Positions 54,070 to 64,000 of a stretch of DNA of 64,000 nt are shown here, piece by piece. A program made the position numbers and the translations under genes. Source of the DNA: Kudoa neothunni (lineage: Eukaryota > Animalia > Cnidaria); assembly GCA_964304625.1 (NCBI GenBank), contig OZ199840.1, positions 5,135,200 to 5,199,199 of the forward strand, given 5' to 3'. Each line of letters starts with the position of its first letter. Positions within the stretch are counted from its first letter, which is position 1. The notes beneath the pieces are model-generated. The model saw nothing but the letters and a program-made list of their open reading frames with translations, was not told the origin of the DNA and searched no databases.

Positions 54070-55110
54070 TCTAATTATTTATAAAAACAACAATAACCAA
54101 TAAACTATAAATTATTCTGGCAATGTGGTCACGTGAGCATCTCAAAATGACTGGATCCGGAGCTGGATTTTCTGGTCGAGATGCTAAAATAACCATGAGT
54201 AACTTTGCAAATAATTATCATACCTTTTTAATGGTTAATTAAGATATGGTTACCACAAAAATTACTGCTAAAATCGCTAACTCCTTACCAATCAACGTAT
54301 TATTGTTAATATTCATTTTTGTCGAAATATTCAATCTGTTTAGAAATTAAGAACTGCTCCAAATGAATTGTATAACAACATATTTTCAACAAATTTTGGT
54401 GTTCCCGACAGTATCGGTTTGAGAGGGAGAATAAGTGAACCTGACCGACCTTGTATGCTTGAATCGGGGAAAACCGCACCACCTATGAAGAAAAAGATTG
54501 CAAGACGCTTTGCTGGCAAACGGATTTTATTGAAACCGAAAAATAAAGAAGAAAAACTTCTGTTGGTTTATTTTTGGGGATATTTTCAATGTATCTCTTT
54601 ATGTTAGATATAACGATTTTTTAAAAATGAATCAAATGTGGTTGGAATATTTTGGAAAAGTTGTTGATTTGAAGTCTTCCAACGTGTTTTCCTCTCGGAA
54701 ATCACTTTTCGCGTTTGGTAACAAACTCCTTAAAATTGACTATCATGGAGCTATTTTGAGTGGTATCTATCTACTGGTGATATTCGTATTGGTTAATGTT
54801 TTTAGTGTTGGAATGCAAGGATAAAAATATTCATGGTATACAAGGTATCGTGTTACAAGAAACCTGTCAAATGTTCACTCTAATCTCAAACGATAATAAA
54901 ATAAGATGTATTTATTAAATTGTATTGATTGATTGTTAATTCACCGAGGAATTTGTTCCATTATATAGTCATACCCAAACAGAATACTGTATTTGGGCTT
55001 GTTTGTAACGACATACTTGTAAAGATCCATGGAAACCAATTCCGTTCCCGATCTGGTACGCGATACTTTAAGGCTATCAAATCATCGACTTTGGTGGTCG
55101 ATCATTATAA
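54070..55110 (-). CDS. Probable multi-exon gene of unknown function
   Basis: GC-elevated ~1 kb with minus-strand GT-AG signals (cctcg|gtgaat..gacag|; aaaag|gtatga..caaag|) giving MDLYKYVVTNKPKYSILFGYDYIMEQIPR|FLVTRYLVYHEYFYPCIP...; I could not build a full model or recognise a family. Confidence 0.3.
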
Positions 55111-56602
55111 AGAATAGCATAAATAAGAAACATAACTTTTTGTGAATTATTTAGTAGTTATTGTATTCAAGGATCGTCTATCCAATTTTTTATTTTATTT
55201 TAAATATATTAATATATTCGCATTTTATTTCGAAATAAAAAATTACTTTGAATATGAATTCAATTTTGTGTTCCATAATTTTCTTTCCCAATTCAAATTT
55301 TTGATAATCCTTTAGTAATAGTTTTAAATTCTATTAATATATTGTATTTTAATAAAATAAAGACTCATTTTATCATGTTTGAAATATAATTAACACGTAT
55401 AATATTATTTTTCACGTTCTGAATATTAGGAATACTAGCGTTTATAAATGGAATCGTTTAAACGTGTGAGAAATTCCATGTAAAATTTTATAATAAAGAA
55501 TATTTTTTTCGAGTAAAAATAATAATTAATTTTGTAACTAGTTAAATATTGCAATATCCAAGCTGATGTAAATTTGCAGCAATAATATAGCGATACATTT
55601 CTCTGGGTTTATGAAAGGTGTTTATTTTTCAGGGGAAGCTATTTGATTACGATTAGATGGCATTATATAATTAATTTAATGTTTTCTATGTTATTTACAA
55701 AACTCGTGACGTTTTTTTTTGAATTCTCCTACCATTAGTTTGTTTTCTTTTAATTTAGTTATATAAATATTTTGGTAATTGTATAATGAACGGTTATTAA
55801 AATACAGCATAATAACGTATCAATTTGTGTAAATTGTTTTATAATTATATTTCGTTATTTCTAGAAAAGTTTAGATATTAATTTATTATTCTGAGTATCT
55901 CATACATTAAGTTTTTTGTAATTCTGAGTCTTATTTTAGAATTTATTTCTACTGGCATTATTATAATCCGTTATTTATTATTAATATTCATGTCAATAGG
56001 CTTGAAGTGTGAATTATTTAAAATTTTCAAAGTAAATTATCAAAAAGCTTTTCAAGTCAAAAAAATAGCTTATAAAAAATTTAATTGATTAAAAAGAAAA
56101 TTCTTGTATCATGTGAAACTATATAAAATTATAATAGACGATACAGAAACGCTTACTTTTCGATAAATTTTAAAATTTATTTAATTATTTTGTAATTTAT
56201 GATTTTTTTAATGGTCAAACCAAAAGTTGGGCAAATATTAAATGAGTTATTATTAAAAAATTTACATGTTTTTCTCTCCTAACCATCAACTATTAATTTT
56301 ATCACAAATAGTATAATTTAATAATAAAAATATTATTTTTCTTGACTCATTTTAGTATTAGTTTACTATTATTGTAAATATGCTTAAAATCTATTAAAGT
56401 ACCAACGACTTTATTTACTATTTTTTATTATATTTAGTTAATTTTAATCGCATTTTTAAACTTTTAACAAAAATCACGGATATTTTACTGTTAAATCCTA
56501 ATAGAGGCGAATTTAATTAATTTTCAAAACTTTATTTGTTATATACACATATAAATTGTTGTATAAATAAAAACATTTTAAGTTTTTTACCAATATTCAT
56601 GT

Positions 56603-56611
56603 ATCATCATG

Positions 56612-56707
<96 letters not shown>
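56603..56707. repeat. (TCA)n trinucleotide microsatellite
   Basis: About 105 bp of near-perfect TCA repeats with one interruption near the start. Confidence 0.97.
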
Positions 56708-56899
56708 ATTCGAGTTTATTGTTTATACATGCATTTAAATTTAAGTCTATATATACCATGAATTATTTTTTCTCACATTGTAATATTAATCTAATATGTG
56801 AAATAATATTAATTATTAATAAATAAGTGCTTATATAAAAATTTGAACCCTAACCCAATAATTGACTAAATCATTATTAATGGAGGTATGATTCAAAAT

Positions 56900-57450
56900 T
56901 ATATTTGCTAACTCTTTTTATTTGTAGGATACTAGGATTTCGTCGGACTTCAAATAATTTTTTGTGTTTGAATGTGTCATGTTGGTTGAGTATACTTGCG
57001 AATGGTTCATTTGGAAGTGATTTAACCGCGCTCTTCTAATTTGTTATATGCAAGCCATTATTTATCGTTATATGTTGTGGACTCTTTAATCACTTCATTT
57101 TCAATTAATGGAACCAAGGAATATAGATATCGTCGTCGACAAAATATTATCTTGCTTCCATAAGGGTTCTTTTATCGTTGGGCAAACTGATTATAAGCTA
57201 AGACTCAACCACCATGGACTGACTATCTATTTTATTCCCTTATTTTTAGGAATCTAGACTTAGATTTAAATAGAAATTATAGAAAATCAATATATACGAT
57301 ATTTAAAACATTTATTAACGATCCAACTATTAAAAAATTACGAAGATTAATTGTGAAAGAATTTGCAAAAGGAAGCGCCTTATCCACACGAAATTTAGCA
57401 AACGTTAACTACACATTTAATACTATAATTATATTATTCAAGTATACATA
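56900..57450 (-). mobile_element. Merlin/IS1595(ISXO2)-like transposase relic
   Basis: Minus-strand ~57130-56990: SLVPLIENEVIKESTTYNDK*WLAYNKLEERG..NHSQ matches the Merlin pattern TLxPII...V..GSTIxSDxWxAY..L...GYxH..VNHS. Confidence 0.55.
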
Positions 57451-58306
57451 ATTATGACTATAAATAAATGTTTAAAATATCTAAAGGCGTTGGAGTTTTT
57501 CACTAAAATACAATAACAGAATATTCTATCATATTAATGGATTATATTAGCCAATTACAGGAAATGATGAGATTTGAAATCAATAAACCAAAGCCGTATA
57601 TTATATATCCCATTTAGGATTAATTTTTTATTACAAACGGTCATATCATAGAGTTAATTGATAACTTAAGAAGTATAAAGTAAAAATATTATTTCCTAAT
57701 TTCGAAACCATCTAATTCTATTAAGTGATGTTTAAAATAACTAATTTTATTATAATTAATGGAAAAAATGCATTACTGGCTAATATTTTTTCTCAATATT
57801 ATATCATTAACTCTGAAAACATTAAATTTAATATATTTTTATAAATTTTCACTTAAATTTTACTTTTAATCTATCCATGTAATCATATAATTTATTAATC
57901 GAAATTAATATAATTTTTCGGTAAATGATTTTGGATGTTTAATGTGTTTATATTCATAATTAAAAAAAATTAATTACACTTTTTTATTTCTGTCTCTGAA
58001 GGACAATATTTAACTGAGTAAATACAAGAAACGACAAATATTTTGTGTATAATTAAATTATATTTTAAAATAATGTTCATACAGCATAGTGCACATCCAC
58101 ACTCATAGTATAGAAAATAATTTTTAATTTTAATGAGTAGCCAGTAGTTCAATATAATTCTAACATTCCAAATTTCTAAAAATAATCATATACAATTTTT
58201 TAATAAAATTTCTGAATAATTCACTAAAAATTTTGAAAACATATAGACTAAAGATTCATACAATGCGAAATATCGATTACATAAGGTAATTAACCCTGCA
58301 TATTAC

Positions 58307-58347
<41 letters not shown>

Positions 58348-58403
58348 TTAAAATGCGAAATGAGGAAGAAAACATTAATATGGAAATATGTACAAAATAT
58401 AAG

Positions 58404-59393
58404 TTATAGTCTAGCATTAGCTAACTCTGGATCGAAGTATCTCCTCAACAATTCGTACACAACAAATGAGTTGATATCACTCAATCCATCATCGAGCAAT
58501 TGTTTCTCGATTTCCAACAGGGCGTGGGTATTGCCGCAATGATACTGTTTAACAAAGGATCTCAAACAGTAAATTACCTCTATAGGCATATGTGTACGGG
58601 ATAGAGATTCGGAATCTACTGCATCGTTGAGAAAACGTAAGAAATGATTATAGGAAGGAAGTTTTGAATGAGAGTGATTGGAGTTCATAGGTTTGCCTGT
58701 GTCGATCGATTTTGAATATTTGAATAGAAGCAACAGAATATTGGAAATATTGACTTGGCAGACAAATTCATCAGGACACTTTGATAGTTGTGTATCCCAA
58801 TCCGCATCATCCAATATGAGATCATTGATTATTTGGTAGGATTTATGGTAGTTTTTGGAAACAATTGCACAATGAGCCATTTTGTAACAGATAGAATAGT
58901 AGAAATAATCCTTCGAAGTCGCTGATTTCAATAACAACGAGGAATTCAGATGAGATATAGCGTCGGCATATTGCTCCAGTTGTATAGAATAGTTGGCCAA
59001 TTCGAATAATAAATACACCCCAAGAATCTTAAAATCTGACTCTTTAATCCCATCTACAATATCGTAGAACGTTTTTGTTGCAATCACATAGTTATCTCCA
59101 ACTAGTTGCAATCCAAATTCATGTTCATCAATTTCTTTTTGAAGCATATTTCTTGCACTCTCCAGTTGGGTTACATAGACAGTTCGGAGATTTTGTTTCT
59201 CGCAAGCGGCTCTTTTTTTAAAAATAAAATGTGAATATTCCACCCCATGACGGAAATCGCACATTTTTTTCCCTATTTGAGTAAGTTCATTCGTTACTTC
59301 AGTGAAATTGGGACGTCGAAACAATTTTTTCTTCATGCGATCACATAATTCATTATAATGATCCAAGAATAACAGTTTATTTTTAGTTGCCAT
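58404..59393 (-). CDS. F8A1: HAP40 / Factor VIII intron-22 protein homologue (huntingtin-associated protein 40), single exon
   Basis: 329-aa intact ORF; N-terminus FLDHYNELCDRMKKKLFRRPNFTEVTNELTQIGK matches HAP40 [34 protein letters not shown]; TPR-like helical body. Confidence 0.85.
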   Translation of the reverse strand: MATKNKLLFLDHYNELCDRMKKKLFRRPNFTEVTNELTQIGKKMCDFRHGVEYSHFIFKKRAACEKQNLRTVYVTQLESARNMLQKEIDEHEFGLQLVGDNYVIATKTFYDIVDGIKESDFKILGVYLLFELANYSIQLEQYADAISHLNSSLLLKSATSKDYFYYSICYKMAHCAIVSKNYHKSYQIINDLILDDADWDTQLSKCPDEFVCQVNISNILLLLFKYSKSIDTGKPMNSNHSHSKLPSYNHFLRFLNDAVDSESLSRTHMPIEVIYCLRSFVKQYHCGNTHALLEIEKQLLDDGLSDINSFVVYELLRRYFDPELANARL

Positions 59394-59527
59394 TACTTAA
59401 ATATAACAGTGGATTTAATAGCTGGAAAGTTCAGCAAACTGATAATCAACTTTGAGTCAAAACCTTTGCGTATTTTCTCGACAAAATTCGGTATCACCAT
59501 AAGTAATCATTATTCGAACCCTAACAA

Positions 59528-59998
59528 ATGACTAAGGACTCTGTTGAAATTGTAAATGATGAGGAATGTTTGAAAAATACATCTACTGAAAATATCCCCA
59601 AAAAGAGTGATAAAAAAAATATTTCATTTTACATTAATTTTTTTATTCAGTTGAAGTCACACTCAAATCAGTTGGAAGCACTCCCGCACTTACAAAATCC
59701 AAATGGAAGGTGGAACCTTCAAAAAATATCTCATATATTATTGATTTCATAAAAAATGTCTCAAGTCAGATACACAGGATTCTCTTGTATTAGATTTCTG
59801 TTAGATTTTTGTTTTTAAATTGTTTAGTTCATCTATGCGAAGCAAACGTTTGCATTGCAACCTGATCGATGTCTATCGGATATTGTTCAAGTGAGAATTA
59901 AAAATGTTTTTTATTTGTATTGTTTTATTTAGTGTTACGGCTCTCCCGCCGACGGAAAACTCACTTTACATTATTGTTACACTCCCGCTTGGGGTTAA
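59528..59998 (+). CDS. ATG12: Ubiquitin-like autophagy protein ATG12 (4 exons; one apparent 1-nt homopolymer frameshift)
   Basis: IEVTLKSVGSTPALTKSKWKV, FIYAKQTFALQPD, GKLTLHYCYTPAWG* (diagnostic C-terminal AWG). The A6 run at 59751-59756 is one base short of the expected frame. Confidence 0.9.
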
Positions 59999-60996
59999 AA
60001 TTACCTATCTTTTTCTATTTTGCAGTCTTATTTTATTCAAACAATAAAACATTAATTGCATATACATAAGATTTAACAATCTATTTTTATATACATTAAT
60101 TTAAAAGTTATTTGTTCTAATAAGTCTTAAATTTTAGTTCTTCATTATTTAAGTGAAGTGAATATCCCTAACTTATTCACCAAGAAAATGTTTTCAACTT
60201 ATAGTTGATTTAAAAAAAGTGGATTGAATGAAGCATTCCTAATAATCGACTCAAAAAATTCAATAATCGTTTTTTGTTTTCATTTTAATATCATATATAA
60301 AAATGAAAATATTTCTAAAATGTGAGATAAAAAAGGGGCCGAGGTTAGTGTCACATTAAATTTTAATCAAAAATGTTGTTTGTATGCGCGTATTTTGATT
60401 TTTTAATTCCTTCGACTCCTACTCACTCACAAGGTGTGTATAGATTTAATTATTTCTCACCACTATGAGCGAAGCATTAGATCGCAAATAATAAATTTAC
60501 GGTCAAAACTGTCCAAATCTGAATAAAATTTTTCGGACTAGCATGCATTTTCATTAAAAGGTTGAATGTTAAAGTCCAGAGCAACTGTGTGACGTGCCAA
60601 CAAGTATTATCTTGATCTAATCCTCGGCTATGCGTAGTTTATTCCCTTAGATCAATAATTAGAAAAATATTTTTAATATTTATAGTGTTCATTTTATTTG
60701 TGAAATGATATAATTCATCTACGACAATACGGAAGTTAGGAAATTGAACGTGCTTTTGTATAGAAATAATTGAATAATAAATTTACGGTATAATTTTTAA
60801 GTAATTTGGCAAACTATGAAATTTAAATCCGATTCAATAATTTCTATAACCCTACATTGATTATTATTCGGAGTTTGCATATTATCTAACAACATTAGAT
60901 GGTGAGTTGGATTTTTAATCACACCATGTAAATATATTTTAATTTATCGAAATTAATATATATCATATGAAGTGTAAATACTGATTTATTATATTA

Positions 60997-62455
60997 TAGG
61001 GTTTCTCATTTATGCTTAGCATCCTTGCAATTTAAGTTTAGCGTATTCGTGTTTAGTCTATAAATTTGTCTGAATGTGTAGAAATCAAGAACCAGAGATA
61101 ACAAACAAAAATGTATTATATTTATTCCAATAAACACAATAAAATTATTATTATTATTATTAATTATTATTATAGAATTTCTTCACCTCTAGAAGACCTG
61201 ATGATGTAATCCAATATATTGCGATAGAAACCGCCAAACTGTTTGGATGTGATATCTTGAAAACACTCTTTTATCTCATTTTCAGTTCGTTTTCATTTTG
61301 ACATTGCCTGGGGATATCTAGATATTTCCAAACAGAGAATACGTTCTCGGTTGGATTCAGGAATGGATTACACGGAGGTAAATATCTTATCGTGAATTTT
61401 TTTTTGAAGATTTAATTCTTTTAGTCCCTTATAACGATGAATTTTCGCGTTGTCTATAAAAAAACAGGATTATCAATATCACTTGATACATAGCTGGATG
61501 TTAGTTCCTGTAGACAAATTTTAAAATTCTCACCTGAAACCGCTCGCCCGCTCGTTTATCTTACTATACATGATATCTTTTTTGTTGATTGCAGCAACTT
61601 AAGATATGTTTCTGCTTCTTGGTGCTGAAACAAAACAATATGCAGAAGTTCCTCTCAAAGAGTGATCTTTTTTAGGTCTTATATCCACTAAAAAAACCGA
61701 CTTCGTGAGGAAATACAATACTTTCATGTGGTACATTGGTTTCTAAGTCTCTGATCATCTCAGTATATTCAATTCTCTTTTGAATCGTCGCCTCACAATT
61801 TCTTCTTTGGGGGACCCTCACAAGGGATTTTAAAATGTAATAAAATTTGCCGATTACTCAATCTATCATGCTTAGAGGCACTGTTATTTCAAACTACTCA
61901 CTAATTTTTTGTTTAAGTTCTTTCAACGTAATTTGAGAGTTATCGTCCATCCACCTAATAATTTTTTTACTTCTGATCAGGAGAGAGAAGTGAAAGTCTT
62001 TTCTCGCCTCTAGATTTTGCATCTAGCGTTCCTGAATTGCGAAACTTTGGTAATATGGGTCAAACAAGAAGTCTTGGTAGATGTATTTGGAAGAAATGAA
62101 GTGTCACTTCCTCCACTTAAAAAAGGATTATACATATATTCCATTAAATCAAAAGAGATTGTTTTTCGCAGCATTATTTTTTCTTGTTGTGTTGGTGTAT
62201 TTGAAATTTCACTATCATCGATATGGAACTCACAGATTCTACGATATGATCTCTGTTATTAGGATTAATCTATTGAATTCAATCTCCGAATATTATAAAA
62301 ATATTTTAATAAATAAAGTTTTTTAACAAACGTGATATATGAAACAACTTGAATACTACTGTGGAGGTGCTGAGATCAATTACAAATGTGCCGGGACTAA
62401 ATGCAATAATACTGAGATTTAATGTTAAAGTGCCGAGAATAAATTAGAAACCCTA
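60997..62455 (-). mobile_element. IS630/Tc1-superfamily transposon, inactive
   Basis: TIRs tagggtttctcatttat.. / ..ataaattagaaacccta with TA flanks; minus-strand motifs QITLKELK, HEVGF, FIDNAKIH, PFLNPTENVFSVWK. Confidence 0.88.
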
Positions 62456-62994
62456 TATTTTTATAATTGTGTATTTTTTTAATTTTTAATAAAATAAAAT
62501 CTTTCTTTATCAATTATAAATTATGCTGTATTATTTATTAATAATATTTTATAATGTTGCTTTTAAATAATAGGAAAAAAATTATTCCAATTAATATTAT
62601 CATGCTAAATATCGTAAAATATATAAATTAAAAGATATAAAACTAGACGGATATAATCATATAAGGTATAATGAACATGGTATACAATTTTACCAATATT
62701 TTGCTGTAATATTGGTTACAAAATTTAAAAATCATAAATAAATTTTGTTAAATAACTTTTAATATATTAAAATTATAACTATTATTCAAAAATTTTTTAA
62801 CTCCCAATGTGCGTTTAAATTTTAAATGAATATTAAAATATAAATTTGAACATGGTTATTTTTTGTAATAAATCTTTTATATTTTTGCTATTGTATATCT
62901 CAATATAAAACATATATATATATATATATATATTATTAGAATATTATTTGTTAGTTGTTCACTCCAAATCACATAAAATAAGATTTATAAAATA

Positions 62995-63230
62995 CAGTCG
63001 GCAACCGATTTTACGCATTGTGGATTTTACGCCTTTTTTAAAAAAACAACAGTGGTCCTCACATTAAATGTATATATTTAAGGCTAATTGTAATTAATAC
63101 GCCCCATTTTATACAGATAAAATCTTCATTTAATGTCAAATAATGACAAGGTACCTAAATTCCGTAGTGACCGATTTTACGTACGTTTTTTCCAGTCCTC
63201 CGAGGATTACGTAAAATCGGATACCCACTG
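62995..63230. mobile_element. 236-bp Tc1/pogo-type MITE
   Basis: TA|cagtcggcaaccgattttacg ... cgtaaaatcggatacccactg|TA; internal copies of gattttacg. Confidence 0.8.
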
Positions 63231-63338
63231 TATTAGCCATAATATTTCATAATAAATTATTAACGCTGGATGACATTTTACCCCGAAAAGAAAATCAATA
63301 ATTCAATGAATACACTCATCTCTTTGATTACAGAATGG

Positions 63339-64000
63339 TTAATAATTTTTGTTTTTTTTAACCGCCGTTCCGATAATTAACCCTGAGAGGATAAGCACTA
63401 ATGTGCCTGTAACAGCAATCATACCAAAAGCTACATTTCGATATGTATAGTAGTCATCAGCATTTGGGTCTCTGTTAAAATAATTAATAATTATCGCTAA
63501 AATGATTTAATACAAGCAATATGTTTGGTTGTATAGCCATAACCGATGCTGACTACTTTTACAGTAATTCTCGTCTCCTGTATAACTTGTACAAGATGTG
63601 CCATCGCCAACATAATTTGGCTCGCATATGCAACTATAGGAACCATTGGTATTGACACAAATGGCATGTTCATGACATGAGTTTTCCATTTCGCATTCAT
63701 TTATGTCTGTAGATTATTAATTAATTCAAGTGGGAAAAATTACCTTCAATCTCGCCCAAATCCATCACGGATATCACTATATCTGAACCAAACGTGAAGT
63801 TTTTGACAGCTGTAAGATTTATTTCATTTGTCAATGTTTTCCAGCCGTTTAATATGTTTTCACTGACACTTGTGAATTTATACTCGGCAAAAATGGTATT
63901 GGGACTATGATAGTTGATTTACGCACAAAGTAAATTATTTTATTACCCAACCAAGGTAGCATTTACGGATATAATGTGTGGGTAGAATACAAATAAAGGA
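63339..64000 (-). CDS. 3' part of a type-I membrane protein: possible SEA-like segment, Ca-binding EGF, TM helix, short tail
   Basis: DINECEMENSCHEHAICVNTNGSYSCICEPNYVGDGTSC (cbEGF consensus); TM VAFGMIAVTGTLVLILSGLIIGTAV followed by KKNKNY*; gene runs off the window end. Confidence 0.8.

Noticed and set aside
56536-56826. Poly-Ser ORF
   Set aside because: Simply the (TCA)n microsatellite read in a stop-free frame; flanks are non-coding-like.
35852-59998. Functional 'autophagy/lysosome cluster' (DEF8-like, HAP40, ATG12, saposin-like genes)
   Set aside because: Tempting, but GINS3 is interleaved, distances are large, and co-location alone is not evidence without synteny or co-expression.
1-64000. 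CRISPR arrays, prokaryotic operons, rRNA/tRNA genes, alternative genetic code
   Set aside because: No repeat-spacer arrays or RNA genes seen; genes are spliceosomal; TAA, TAG and TGA all act as terminal stops in conserved genes (ATG12, GINS3, DEF8-like).

Overview
Very AT-rich eukaryotic (animal-type) genomic DNA with tiny spliceosomal introns (mostly ~35-60 nt) and a heavy load of decayed transposons (piggyBac, hAT, IS630/Tc1, Merlin, a probable Ty3/gypsy relic, MITEs; roughly a third of the window by my coordinates). The style suggests a reduced parasitic metazoan such as a myxozoan, but that is inference only. The ORF track misses most real genes because they are split into micro-exons. 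By splicing manually I find an array of eight related small secreted Cys-rich genes, plus one possible relic. Six 'subfamily A' copies lie on the minus strand (778-32326) and two 'subfamily B' copies on the plus strand (46357-51896). They share intron phases 1-0-0-1-0-0 (first exon of A5 unresolved) and an invariant 41-nt (A) or 38-nt (B) CxxC micro-exon. Subfamily B has a recognisable tandem saposin-like (SAPLIP) Cys pattern plus a His-rich tail ending in a conserved GWNVxFGLLPFFN motif. Subfamily A is a shrunken, diverged version of the same design. Housekeeping genes are a RUN-domain-bearing DEF8-like gene, GINS3/Psf3, an intronless HAP40/F8A1 head-to-head with ATG12, and the 3' part of a cbEGF-TM membrane protein. 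All gene models are hand-spliced and unverified by RNA data.
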